64,000 bases of DNA from an uncultured virus (IMG/VR IMGVR_UViG_2713897279_000003) (lineage: Duplodnaviria; Heunggongvirae; Uroviricota; Caudoviricetes), in IMG/VR virus record IMGVR_UViG_2713897279_000003; one strand, written 5' to 3'. The position numbers were made by a program, and so were the translations under genes. Below the pieces are notes generated by a model. That model had not been told where the DNA came from and did no database searches. It was given only the letters and a program-made list of their open reading frames with translations. Positions 1 through 11,016 of the stretch are shown one piece after another. How positions within the stretch are numbered: position 1 is the stretch's first letter; each line of letters opens with the position of its first letter.

Positions 1-2421
1 ATGATTCAAGTTCGTGAACAGTATGGAAATATCTATGCAAAGATATTAGATACACAAGAAACATTTGATTATACATTAGAAAAAATCCGTTTTATTGAAG
101 GACGAATATTCAATTCCAAAACTGGTGAATGGATGTTCAGAAAAGAATCAATCGGTGATTTACTATTACATTTTAGTAATCAAATTATATGGGATCAGCC
201 TTTAAAAGAGCTTATTAAAGACTGTGATATGAATCATGAGCTTGTCAATAAACATCTTTCTTGGGAGGAAGATGATAATGATTTCAAGACATGGTCATTG
301 AAACCCTATCCATACCAAAAAGTAGGATCACATTATTTAGCCGACAGAGGAAGAGCTGCTATATTTGATGGCGTAGGACTTGGTAAAAAAATCTATAATT
401 TGTTCTTATCATGTGGTATAACGCCAGCATGAACATGTTAAAAAATACCAGTTAGAACATTCCACCATAAAATCTTCTAACATAGTAGAGAAAAATTGAA
501 CCTCTTTATACTAAAGTGTAAAGTCTGAAATATCCTAACAAAATAGGACAAAATGCATCTTATGAAATTAGATATTTAGGTACTACACAGGTACCATCAC
601 CATTGAATCGTTTATCTACTGATGCAATAGTATATCCTCTACGTAAATATGAAAAGTACTAACAAATTATAGATATTGCCGTTCATCCAAGAAATTGAAT
701 GAATTATAAGTGCGGAATTAAGCGGAGAAGCCCTCCCTCTATACGACAGGGCAATCCGAACCGAAGGCTATGGAAACCATGGTCAGGGGCAGAGCATAGC
801 GGGTGAAAAGATATAATCCCGCCACGAGGCCGCACCACCTTACCGTGTAATGACGAAGGTGAAAAGATATGCCGAGCTAGTCTATAATGGACTAGAAGTA
901 AGGATAATAAACCTTACGATAACATGACTGAAAACGCCTCAAATTATAGGAGCCTGTCAAATATTATTTAATAGAAATAAAGCTCAGCGTGCACTAATTG
1001 TTACTTTAAATTCATTGAAAAGACAATGGACTAAGGAAATATATAAGTTTACCGGCGAAGAAGCAATAGCTGTATACGGCAGCCCTGCCAAGCGTAAGAA
1101 ATCCATTAAAGGTTTTGCATCTCGTTCTGATATTAGATACTTAGTGGTGAATTACGAAACATTAAGAAACCCTCAATATATGAAGCTTATCAAAGAAATC
1201 CCATTTGATATTGTAGCTTTAGATGAAGCACAAAAAATCAAATCAGGTGTTACAGATAAGTATTTAAATATTGAACCTTCGTTAAATGCAAAAGCTTGCT
1301 ATGAATTGAAACATATTCCTTATCGTTTTATCGCAACTGCCACACCAGTACAATCTAAAGCTGAAGAGATATGGAGTTTATTTAGTTTTATTAATGATGA
1401 CATACTTGGCTCCTGGGAAGTATTCCGTGAACGTTACTGTAAATACACTACACGTTTTGGTATTACTGGCAGTTTTAATTTAGGCGAACTTTATTATAGA
1501 ATCGCTCCTAATTTCATACGAAGAACAAAAGAAATGCCTGAAATTCAACAACAGCTTCCAAAAGTACAACACTCTCACGTCTTCTTAGAAATGACTGATG
1601 CTCAAGAACGTATTCAGAAACATTTATTAATAAAGATAGAGGAAGTAAAAGATTCATTGCGTTCTTTTGGATCTGGTACTAAAGTTATTAACGGGAATCT
1701 TATGAACGTACAACAAGCAAAAGAATATTACGATGGAATCATCCAAGGTTTACAAACATTCTTAATTGAATCTTGTGATACTCCACAATTATTGGTACAT
1801 GAAGATGCTTCGCAAATGTCTCATAAAGTAATTTCAGAGCTAGGACTTTCTTCTAAGGAGATAGAAAAATCACCAAAATTAGAGCAATTAAAAACCTTTA
1901 CAAAGCAATTATTAAATGACGAACCTAATTCTAAGGTCGTTATCTTTACTGAATATGAGCGTATGGCCCGCATTATATATGAGTCCCTACCCCAATCAGT
2001 TCTATACACTGGACAGATATCTGATAGGGAAAAAAATACTGTAATTGAAAGATTCCGTGAGGATCCTCATACTCGATTTTTCATAAGCACGCGTGCCGGA
2101 AGTACCGGCCTAAACTTGCAGGTTGCTAACTATATGGTTCATTTTGATTTGCCCTATACCGCAACTGAATTAGAACAACGTAACGGACGCATCGATCGTA
2201 CCGGCAATAATTTTAGTAATATTACAATGTATTACTACATTATGAGTGATTCTTATGATGAGCATATGCTACAGCTATTATTCAAAAAATCAGAATTAGC
2301 AAAAGAGATTCTAACTGGTGGAATAAATAACATATCTAAAAATCAAGATGTTAACTCACTTGCTATGGATCGTTTGTTACAAAAAAAAGCTGCATCACAA
2401 CAAACAAAGGTTTCAGGTTAA
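1..2421 (+). CDS. SNF2/SWI2-family helicase/ATPase, split by an intron (exon 1 1-384, exon 2 931-2421; ~624 aa spliced)
   Basis: Joining 384 to 931 restores Walker A: DGVGLG|KTPQIIGAC. Exon 1 has the Q-motif LKPYPYQ. Exon 2 has DEAQKIK, TATP, STRAGSTGLNLQ and QRNGRIDRTG, and is in frame with the listed 1015..2421 ORF. Confidence 0.92.
385..930 (+). ncRNA. Group I self-splicing intron (546 nt)
   Basis: The 5' exon ends in U (GGT) and the intron ends in G (...ACATGACTG). In P1, ggU|aa pairs with uuGcc (~676-680), extended by a perfect 14-bp helix (391-404 with 661-674). P3 is ugcgg/ccgca, P7 is GCAUA/UAUGC, P8 is caccuu/aaggug, and P9 hairpins lie at ~876-918. P/Q/S-like core sequences are present (AAUCCGAACCGAAG, AAGAUAUGCCGA). 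Confidence 0.9.
528..662 (+). pseudogene. Remnant of a LAGLIDADG-type homing endonuclease ORF in the intron P1 loop
   Basis: Translates KYPNKIGQNASYEIRYLGTTQVPSPLNRLSTDAIVYPLRKYEKY*, which resembles the C-terminus of phage LAGLIDADG endonucleases (Y.I...G..QV..IL..LY.DA..YL.RKY). No intact start was found. Confidence 0.55.
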
Positions 2422-2438
2422 TCCTGTGCCTTTGTTTG
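2401..2438. terminator. Hairpin at the end of the helicase gene
   Basis: caaacaaagg...cctttgtttg inverted repeat overlapping the stop codon. Confidence 0.5.
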
Positions 2439-2871
2439 TTGATTAGCTTTAGTTCATTCAAAAAACGAGAGACAACAACCTTATGTATGATTGGACTAAG
2501 TAAAAAAATTAAAACCATACGATAGCAAGTTCATCCATATATTAAAGAAATAAAAAAACTTAAAAATCCGTTCGAAAATATAAATATCTACAAATTCCCT
2601 CAATTGTTTACACAATTTAATTTTATATTTGATGATTACATTGTTGCTAGTTTTAAAACAAAACTAACTCCTAAATTCTTTTTTCACTTAAGTTGTCACA
2701 TTCATCGCTGGCATTACTATTACATTAATTAAATTTAATAAGTGAACTACAATACAACTAACACTAGCTCATCAGGAATATAAAAGATTAAATTTGTATC
2801 CTCGATGAACTAGTGCTAGGAATGCATAACCAAATAAATTTCACTATATACTATCATGAAAAGAAATGGTA

Positions 2872-3435
2872 TCATTTCCAAAATTGATACCATTTCTTTT
2901 CATTACTCGCTGCAAACATCTGCTTCACTTCCTGTAACTCTCGTATAACAGTCATAACAGCTTTATCACGATCATTGATTTGTTGTTTTTCTGCAGAATT
3001 CGAATGATCCAGCATTTTTTGTTGTGACTCCATTAAACCCGTTAACTTAGTTATTTGTTCATTTTGATTCTGTAAGTGTTTTTGCTGTAACTCTACAGTA
3101 TCTTTTAATTCTCTTAATAATACCTTTAAATCCTCAGTATCAGGAGTTATAACAGTCATATCTGTATTCTTAACTGTCAATCCCTCTTCTTTTAAGAGCT
3201 GTTTACAAGCCTCTTCCAATGTAACTTGTGGCATATTTTTTAGTTCTACTAACCTTTGTAACAAACTAATATCGTAGTCATCAAAGATAATTCGTTCTCT
3301 TTCATCCCTTTTAAAGGCATAACAGTTATAACTCTCGATTAGCAAATAATATTTTTTCACTGTAGATGGTGATACTTTTAATCTTTTAGCAACTTGGGAT
3401 ACATTTTCATAAATTATAGGAATCATAATAGTCAT
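2872..3435 (-). CDS. MerR-like HTH plus coiled-coil protein of Bacillus plasmids (DUF3967/DUF536-like)
   Basis: N-terminal VSQVAKRLKVSPSTVKKY HTH, coiled coil, C-terminal KKWYQFWK; GGAGG RBS. Confidence 0.75.
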   Translation of the reverse strand: MTIMIPIIYENVSQVAKRLKVSPSTVKKYYLLIESYNCYAFKRDERERIIFDDYDISLLQRLVELKNMPQVTLEEACKQLLKEEGLTVKNTDMTVITPDTEDLKVLLRELKDTVELQQKHLQNQNEQITKLTGLMESQQKMLDHSNSAEKQQINDRDKAVMTVIRELQEVKQMFAASNEKKWYQFWK

Positions 3436-4180
3436 AACCTCCTTTTTATTTCTATATTCGTTACAACTGTTATAACTCCTCTATCTTAGCATGTTAAATA
3501 GACTCATGTTAAATCAATTCTTCTTTTACCATGCCCTAATTCTACATAGATTATATTTATGACATCTACTACTTGCTTATAAACTCTCCTAAATCCTTGA
3601 TTACACCCATAATTTGCATATTTTACTTGTTTATGATTTTTTAATATATAAACTAACATTTCCTCCAAATATTTTTAATGCACATAAATTCCTTAATTTT
3701 TAAAACAGTATTCATTAGATTTAAATGCTCTGGAGTCAAATGAATTACTTATTCTGCACGAACTGCCAAATATAACTGTTGATTAAATAAATTCTGGATA
3801 TGAATAGGAGATGCTTTCTATTCATATCCTTGCATCCTTCAGGCTCATAGATCGATTCACAAAGACTTTTATACCTTGACCATGTTTGTTTATAGTCTTT
3901 CTTCTTTGAACACCAGCTTACAGTCCCTTTCTAAAGATTTAAGCTTGTCTATGTATTACCATTTGTAACTTTCTCAATCCAATTTCAATATTGTTCTCTA
4001 CACAAACAATGTCAATCAAAACAAACAGGCATGTTTCACTTTAAGTTGCGCTGCCAATGCACCGTACTTCATAAGGTGTCAATCCTTTATTCCATATGTA
4101 TCTGTAAACCTCAAATTTAAGCCTAAGCCTGTCGCTCCATATTTAGCGTGGAGAGCAACCGTTATATCCACGTTTAATTA

Positions 4181-4229
4181 CTTAGCGAAGACAATTGTCT
4201 TCGCTAAGGCGCGGCCATGGCCGCGCCTT
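4181..4229. repeat. Two overlapping perfect palindromes (28 bp 4181-4208; 24 bp GC-rich 4206-4229)
   Basis: CTTAGCGAAGACAATTGTCTTCGCTAAG and AAGGCGCGGCCATGGCCGCGCCTT are each self-complementary. Confidence 0.9.
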
Positions 4230-4707
4230 CCTCATACCTCTCGGTCTCCACTCCTTTACCATATTTTTTGAATTCCAAAACACATTCATTGTCATGATCT
4301 CCATCCAAATAAATGATTATATATAAAAAGAGCCATTTCGCAATCAGAATCATAGACACATACCAGTGTCTAAGTCTGAACCGCGAAACGGCCCTTGAAT
4401 GTTTGACAGAAGTTAAAAAGAAAATTGAATCTATATTTAAATTAACATAAACTAAACGTACATTCAAATAATTCTAAAAATCAACAAGACATATACTGGC
4501 TTATCATATAATAAGAAGTTCTCACGTACTACACCTATTCATTTTATAAATAATATGAGTAGGGGAGATAAATTATATTTGTATCAAAAACATTTACTTC
4601 TATTCATCGGTAATTAAATTGTAATGCCTAAAATGAACAAAATAAAAATCATAATATTAAAGTAATAAGTAATTCAACAAGAATTTAGCGGTACTGATGT
4701 ATATGAT

Positions 4708-4749
4708 AAAAAGAAAAAGAAAAAGAAAAAGAAAAAGAAAAAGAAAAAG
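4708..4749 (+). repeat. (AAAAAG)7 simple tandem repeat
   Basis: Directly visible. Confidence 0.9.
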
Positions 4750-5020
4750 AAAAACAAAATATAAATAAAATGAAAGTATCTAATTTTAATTCCATTAGCT
4801 ATCGAGCATTATATATTTTAAACAAAAAAGATATATCGGAACTTACAGAAGAATTATTCTGATAGGTAAAAAAATAATTACTTTTGTTCTTGAATTAAAT
4901 CCATCAGTATTTTTCATTATATTCAATTGTAAATATTTTCATCTTCTATTTATTACTTGTAATTAAAAAATAGCAACTACCCTCGTTAAGAAGAGCATTA
5001 CAACAACACCCTACCACCTA

Positions 5021-5034
5021 TGTAATGCATTACA
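5021..5034. promoter_or_regulatory. 14-bp palindromic operator-like motif (perfect copy)
   Basis: TGTAATGCATTACA, immediately upstream of a TTGACG -35-like hexamer at 5042. Confidence 0.7.
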
Positions 5035-5507
5035 AATTTTATTGACGTATTGTCTTTTTTAGTATATCGTGGAAAACGTACAGTAAGAACCTAGGGAAAA
5101 AGTGATGTACTCTTTACTCTTATAATTAATTAAGGAATTAATTTAATATGTAGGATGTTTCGGAAATTTAAATACGTTGTGTGTATAGAATATAATTCAA
5201 TTTTACACACTGAAAAAATTAAAGAGGGAAACTAAAACACTTAACTGAACTTTTAATAGATATAAATGAAAGAATTAATTAATAAAATTGATTCTAAAAA
5301 ATTTATTAAGAATGAGGTATCAGTTCAATATGTCTTTAACTATAAAAATTTCGATTTTACACAACTAGAACAATTACTGAATAGAATAAAACTTCTCAAT
5401 AAAGACTTTACTTAATGAACAAAAAATAACTGTTGTGAAGTTAAAATAAATTTTGAATACACCCTTTTAAAAACAGAAAACAAATTACACAACTTAGGTG
5501 ATCAATT

Positions 5508-5699
5508 ATGAGTAGAACAAAAGAAGAAAGTATTTTAAATGCAATTATTAAAAGTACGGTTAAAGCTAGTGGTGAATCTGAAGATAGAATAGAAGAATTA
5601 TCTTCTTATATGATCACATATATCAACACAGGAGCTCAATATGGCATGTCTGCTGAAGGATTTGTACGTTGGTATATAGAACAAGGTAAAGATTTTTAA
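5508..5699 (+). CDS. Hypothetical protein
   Basis: 63-aa ORF with AGGTG RBS. Confidence 0.7.
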   Translation: MSRTKEESILNAIIKSTVKASGESEDRIEELSSYMITYINTGAQYGMSAEGFVRWYIEQGKDF

Positions 5700-5732
5700 T
5701 ATAAAAAAGAAAGCAATATATGCATATTTAGA

Positions 5733-6053
5733 ATGAATATTGAAAATGAAAAGCTATTTTTAAGAGATATGATACAACATTATTATCATATCTCCCATAA
5801 AAATTCTCTCTACTTTAATAAAACAAAGGAGTTTTACGTGGAACAGATAATACGATTACAGAGCAAACAAAAAGCCGCTCTTAGTCAAATTGAATACTTA
5901 GAAAATAAATATATTGAAATAAACAAACAAATTAGTGAACTAGAAAAAAGACAAAAGGAACATGATTATAACTTACATGAATTATATTTCCAAAAGGGAA
6001 AAATTTATGCTGATTTAGAATTAATGAGACGTGTGCCAAAATATGAAGATTAA
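5733..6053 (+). CDS. Hypothetical coiled-coil protein
   Basis: 106-aa ORF in a co-directional run; weak RBS. Confidence 0.55.
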   Translation: MNIENEKLFLRDMIQHYYHISHKNSLYFNKTKEFYVEQIIRLQSKQKAALSQIEYLENKYIEINKQISELEKRQKEHDYNLHELYFQKGKIYADLELMRRVPKYED

Positions 6054-6105
6054 TTCTCTACGGAGAATTTTTTTGAGAATAAATATATTAAAGGAGTTTT
6101 ACATA

Positions 6106-7020
6106 ATGAAAACAGTCCATAAAGTTAATAAAACATTTTTCCATGTTCTAATTAATCCATTAGGAAATGGTGATTCATATATTATTGAATCTGAAATCCT
6201 AAACATTCAGAATAATCTAGTACAAGCAAAATTCTTATTTGATGTTTTTGAAAATACAACTATGCACTATACACTTGAATTACAACCATCTATTATACAC
6301 AATACACCCGAAGAAGCCTTTAAATTTTTATTAAGTAACCATTTTGATAAGTTGACTGACGGTAACCTATGGTTATTTGCAACAAGCTTTAGGGGGGGCG
6401 TAGAAATAAACTTCAAAGAAATGGTAGCTATGGTCAAAAGCATCCCTGGATTAGAACAAATCGATTTAGAAACGATGTTAGATGAGATAAAATCCAAGTC
6501 TATTGAACCCAAAGAAGATGCACAACAAATATGTGATTCATTAAAAACGAAACAAGGCAACACACAATATAATTCAGATTCTAGCGAACAAAAAATATAT
6601 TCCGCTGCTCAATTATTAGATCTACCATTAGGAGAGATAGCACTTGGCGTATCTGGTCCATTAAAAGATTCTTGTGTGACAAAAAATGAAAACGGTCATT
6701 TTATGCTTTTTGATAAAGCTTTCCAAAATACCTATCCATTGCATTTTGGAACTGATGTACTTCAATCTCATTTTGTAATTATGCAAAGGAATAAAAAATT
6801 TAAAAGAGCTACCTTAAGAGATGCATTAGCTTGTTACAAAGATGGCGGTAAAATAAAAATTAGCTACAAAAATACAGAACGATTTATCAAGCATGGAGAT
6901 AGCTTATATGAAAGCATCTTCCATACAATAGGAAGCGAACAAACGATAGTTAATAATAATAGCATTATGTTTTCTTTAGATGAACTATTATCGGCCCAAT
7001 TTTATATTTTAAGTGAATAG
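6106..7020 (+). CDS. Hypothetical protein
   Basis: Long ORF; the likely start is ATG 6106 after AAGGAG; followed by a terminator. Confidence 0.8.
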   Translation: MKTVHKVNKTFFHVLINPLGNGDSYIIESEILNIQNNLVQAKFLFDVFENTTMHYTLELQPSIIHNTPEEAFKFLLSNHFDKLTDGNLWLFATSFRGGVEINFKEMVAMVKSIPGLEQIDLETMLDEIKSKSIEPKEDAQQICDSLKTKQGNTQYNSDSSEQKIYSAAQLLDLPLGEIALGVSGPLKDSCVTKNENGHFMLFDKAFQNTYPLHFGTDVLQSHFVIMQRNKKFKRATLRDALACYKDGGKIKISYKNTERFIKHGDSLYESIFHTIGSEQTIVNNNSIMFSLDELLSAQFYILSE

Positions 7021-7047
7021 GCAAGAGATTCAAATTCTTGCCTTTTT
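7019..7047 (+). terminator. Rho-independent terminator
   Basis: aggcaaga...tcttgcct followed by a T run. Confidence 0.7.
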
Positions 7048-7425
7048 ACCTGTATAAATCTACTTTGTAGATATTAGATACTATTTAAAGAAAACTTCTT
7101 ATAAGAATAGCACATACCAATCTAATCCACAGTACAGCGCCAGATTGATTAAAAAAATAAACTGGAATAAGAGTATATAAGTTTAGGGAATACTATAACA
7201 ATAAATATCAGCTATAGAATCATTACACGGTTATAATCATTTAAATATTGCATAGTTCTTAGAACATACATGGAATTTTTTTAAGACATACTAAAAACTA
7301 AGTACAAGTGAAAAAATATCACCAAATTCGCAAAGCTTTACTACATTGATTCTAATTATTTTTTTATTGAATCTACAAATTGATAAATCTATTTCAGAGT
7401 ATTATTCTTGATAAACGCCCCTTAA

Positions 7426-7463
7426 TGTAATGCCTTGCAAACATTATTTTAGTATGCTAAACT
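7426..7463 (+). promoter_or_regulatory. Operator variant overlapping the -35 of a sigmaA-like promoter
   Basis: TGTAATGCCTTGCA (7426-7439) overlaps TTGCAA-17bp-TAAACT, which carries a TG extension. Confidence 0.6.
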
Positions 7464-7773
7464 TAGGGAAAGACATAGATTACACAAGAGAATAGAAACC
7501 TGATAAAGCATATTGGAAAACACACGAGTTTTTATTTAGTTTTTACTACATTATCCTAAATAACTATAACTATTCATTCAAATTAGTAAGAATCCTCACA
7601 TCTTATAAAAAGAATGGGGCGTTCTTTTTGATTAAATTTAAAAATAGCATCGTGCTAAACAATCTTCTCGTTAATATTTTAGTATATAAACACATTATTT
7701 CACAAAATCCAGTACAGGGACTATTTTATGTATTACACGATATATACCAAAACAAGAAGGGATTGAACTAAAC

Positions 7774-8079
7774 ATGGATGTTCAAAAATTAAAGAAATAC
7801 GTTATACACTCCTCCGAATTATTCTATATAGATAGATTATCTAGAAATAGAGCCCTTATAGCTAAGAAAATGATTGATAACTTTGTTAGCACTATTTATG
7901 TTTCAGTTCCACACAAAATAGTACAAAACCATATGCGATACTTACATATTAAAGAATATAATATCTTTAAAGACTTAATAACCATAATTTTAAGATTGAT
8001 AGATTTAAAAAAGGTATGTGAATTGTCTATGGGTACTTTTACACTCAATACGAAAGATTTAAAGGAACTTATTAAATGA
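7774..8079 (+). CDS. Hypothetical protein
   Basis: 101-aa ORF with an AAGGGA RBS. Confidence 0.55.
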   Translation: MDVQKLKKYVIHSSELFYIDRLSRNRALIAKKMIDNFVSTIYVSVPHKIVQNHMRYLHIKEYNIFKDLITIILRLIDLKKVCELSMGTFTLNTKDLKELIK

Positions 8080-8255
8080 GAAATATCTTAGTTTTTCCTG
8101 ACGGTACTGAACAAGACTTTTTGTATCCTGATAATCGAGTTATTTTTGTAGGCGAAAAGCTACAAGTCCAAATGCAATGCAATTCAGTTCATATATTAGA
8201 AATATATAACATTCAACATACAGATAAAATAATTTATTACCACTTAAAATACTAA
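8076..8255 (+). CDS. Small hypothetical protein (59 aa, below the ORF-track cutoff)
   Basis: MRNILVFPDGTEQDFLYP...HLKY*; AAAGGA RBS; ATGA overlap with the upstream stop. Confidence 0.65.
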   Translation: MRNILVFPDGTEQDFLYPDNRVIFVGEKLQVQMQCNSVHILEIYNIQHTDKIIYYHLKY

Positions 8256-8319
8256 ATCTGATCCAATCTATGGGATATTTTTGAATATAATATAATTTAT
8301 TATGATGGAGGTACTTACA

Positions 8320-9021
8320 ATGCATAACAGTTATAACGGTTATAACAACTTCAATCAACAACAAAATAATTACCAAACTCGACCTAATGGTAATTTCTCA
8401 AGTCAACAACAAAATAATAGTGGATATAGAAATAATGGTGCAGATAATCATGTCAAAATACAGGTAGTTGCGCGTTTAGTAAAGGACCCTGAATCCAAAC
8501 CTGTAAATAACTCAAAAGTTGCCAGCTCAAAAGTTGTTATAAATCATCGTGGTGGTGAGAAAGCAGATTTTTGGTTTATAGAAGTTTGGGGAAATGAGAA
8601 TTCAGATGGTTATTATAAATTTCTACTAAACCATTGCCCAAAAGGGCGCAAAGTATTTATTGAAGGTATTCCTGAATTGCGACAAACGAAAAACACTGAC
8701 GGAACATACACTTATTATCCAACCATTAAAGTTACAAATCTTATCGGATTAGATGGTGGAAATTTAGATAATCAACAACCCACAGGTCAATTTAAACAAC
8801 AAACTCAAGGTGTAGACTTTCAACCACAACATAGTGGCTTCCAACCCAATCATCAAAATTATGTTGCAAACCAAACTAGACAACAGCCACAACAAGGAGG
8901 GGGCCTATCAAATATTCCTATTCATTCAGGATTCTTACCCCAGCAACAAACTTCAGTACGAGTAGGTGCTCCAGCTAGTATACAAGGAAATATCGGATTT
9001 CCTGCAATTGCACAACAATAA
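8320..9021 (+). CDS. ssb: Single-stranded DNA-binding protein with Q/N-rich termini
   Basis: OB-fold pattern VARLVKDPE...ADFWFIEVWG...KGRKVFIEG; GGAGG RBS before ATG 8320. Confidence 0.85.
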   Translation: MHNSYNGYNNFNQQQNNYQTRPNGNFSSQQQNNSGYRNNGADNHVKIQVVARLVKDPESKPVNNSKVASSKVVINHRGGEKADFWFIEVWGNENSDGYYKFLLNHCPKGRKVFIEGIPELRQTKNTDGTYTYYPTIKVTNLIGLDGGNLDNQQPTGQFKQQTQGVDFQPQHSGFQPNHQNYVANQTRQQPQQGGGLSNIPIHSGFLPQQQTSVRVGAPASIQGNIGFPAIAQQ

Positions 9022-9254
9022 TGAACTATAGAGAATGGATCTTTTTTATGATATTAAACATTTATTTATTAGCCGGAGTAATTTAATTGAAGGTTCAAGC
9101 AGAGATAGTGAAATCCAAACATAGTATGATATCTACTCATTTTGTACCATTTTTTTATGATAGTTAACCATACATACTATAATGTTAAAAAATTAAAGTA
9201 TTTAGTTAGCCCTGATACCAATTATATTAAAATTTATAAGAGTGGTGATAAATA

Positions 9255-9653
9255 ATGTCAAGAAATAGATTAAATCCAACACATTCATTAGGACAATTTA
9301 TTTATGGGATATACGATTATCATCATGATCGTGGTATGCCTCAAAAAACAGCTAAGGCTCGTATGATTGATAATACTCTAGAAGCATGTTTTAAAATTAT
9401 AAAAAGAGAAGAAGAGATTCCAGATCAAATGCTTGTACTAATGGCTCAATGGATTTCACGTGTTCTAAATGATCGAGGTACTTTTATTACAAAAGAAGTA
9501 ACAGCTAAGCAGATAGAAGATGAAACAGCATTCAAGGCATTAAAAGATTTAAAAGATGTAAAGAATGCATTAGATATATTTATTCAGAACTACACAGGTT
9601 GGAACAATACAAAAAATAATGAAAACAACTACATGGAAAGTCGCAATAAGTGA
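9255..9653 (+). CDS. Hypothetical protein
   Basis: 132-aa ORF with RBS. Confidence 0.75.
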   Translation: MSRNRLNPTHSLGQFIYGIYDYHHDRGMPQKTAKARMIDNTLEACFKIIKREEEIPDQMLVLMAQWISRVLNDRGTFITKEVTAKQIEDETAFKALKDLKDVKNALDIFIQNYTGWNNTKNNENNYMESRNK

Positions 9654-9985
9654 AAAATGTAATGAGTAACCTAGATATCTTAACTATTTTAAATAAAAAA
9701 TCGGATTCCATCACTATCCTTACTTTTGATGGTGATAGCATTATTAAAATTCAATCTATATCTACAAGGATTCCTTTATTGGTTAAATATACAAATTATA
9801 TTTAACCAATATGAACATCATCTATTGAGTAAAACTGTAATTTGTTTAATCCCTATTGAGCATTGTATTAGATCGCATAAAAAAATCTGATAATTCAACC
9901 AAATGATTATTTGTTCTAAATATTTGCAGCCTTGTTTTATGAACAAGGCTGCAAAAGGGCAGTACAGTATAAAGGAGTTCTTAAT

Positions 9986-10216
9986 ATGAATACACTAAAA
10001 GTAGATTATACAATGAAACAGACAGCAAGAATATTAGGTGTACATAGGGATACACTGATGTATTGGGAAACAAATCATCTAATTCCTATAGCACGAAGAA
10101 ATCCAAAAAATAATTATCGCATATACACTATTGAAGAGATTATAAAGATAGCTAATATTAGAGGAATAGATGTTGTAAATAATGAAGTAATTGAGAAAAA
10201 ATATAGACAAATATAA
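9986..10216 (+). CDS. MerR-family HTH DNA-binding protein
   Basis: YTMKQTARILGVHRDTLMYWE...RNPKNNYRIY; AAGGAG RBS. Confidence 0.85.
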   Translation: MNTLKVDYTMKQTARILGVHRDTLMYWETNHLIPIARRNPKNNYRIYTIEEIIKIANIRGIDVVNNEVIEKKYRQI

Positions 10217-10431
10217 TTATAAGATTTTATATTGTACATTTTCCCATCAAATGTTATTTATCTATTTAAACCTGTATCGTTATACTAACAGGAGATATTT
10301 AAATATACAGCAAAATATAACGATTTTTAGAGCATTTGCTAGTATCTTTCATCATTCTTCAAAAAACTAAACGCTGATAGAAGTAAAATTATTGATATTA
10401 TGTTATATTAATTATTGTTATCGACTTTATG

Positions 10432-10445
10432 TGTAGTACATTACA
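10432..10445. promoter_or_regulatory. Operator variant upstream of the wHTH gene
   Basis: TGTAGTACATTACA, 2 mismatches to the consensus. Confidence 0.5.
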
Positions 10446-10488
10446 TATTTAAAAGATATACACGAGGAAAAAGGAGATGTTTTAAAGA

Positions 10489-11007
10489 ATGATGAATATT
10501 GACGAGGTATTATCAATGCTAACAGAAAATGAAAAAAAAATTTTTAATTATATTAAAGCTACAGCCGGTAAGCAAGGCGGTTCGGTAAAAGCATCTATGA
10601 GCAAAATGGGAGAAGCTACAGGACTTAGTGAAGCTACTGCACACAGAGCGATTAAGAAATTGCGTAAGTTAGGTATTATCGGTATTGTTCCATCATTAGA
10701 AAAAGCTGAATCCAATGAAATTGTATACTATGGTTCTTCTGTTGATGAATCTCAACAAATTATGGATATTATGAAACAAGCTGGTCAATTAACATCTGGA
10801 TTAAATAGGCTTGAATCCGTATTAAAAGGAAAAGAAGAATCACTTGAAAAAGTTCAAAGGGAGAAGGCTCAATTAGAACAGCAAATTGAGAAATTACAAA
10901 AAGAGTTAGCTGCTGTTCGTGCGCAACAGTCTGGAATAGATTCAAATAAAATCATTTCAAGTCAGCCATTAGGTGATGGAACAACCGCTTATATAGTTAA
11001 AGACTAA
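10489..11007 (+). CDS. Winged-HTH plus coiled-coil protein, putative regulator
   Basis: LTENEKKIFNYI...SMSKMGEATGLSEATAHRAIKKLRKLGII; C-terminal heptads; AAGGAG RBS. Confidence 0.8.
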   Translation: MMNIDEVLSMLTENEKKIFNYIKATAGKQGGSVKASMSKMGEATGLSEATAHRAIKKLRKLGIIGIVPSLEKAESNEIVYYGSSVDESQQIMDIMKQAGQLTSGLNRLESVLKGKEESLEKVQREKAQLEQQIEKLQKELAAVRAQQSGIDSNKIISSQPLGDGTTAYIVKD

Positions 11008-11016
11008 GAAAGGGTT

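Noticed and set aside
1..432. 143-aa ORF as an independent gene
   Set aside because: It is exon 1 reading into the intron; homology stops at GLG and resumes at 931.
4204..4467. 87-aa minus-strand ORF
   Set aside because: No convincing RBS or family; probably part of a decayed frame ending in the palindromes.
4708..4749. (AAAAAG)7 as a phase-variation switch
   Set aside because: The unit is a multiple of 3, and no intact ORF or promoter is clearly associated with it.
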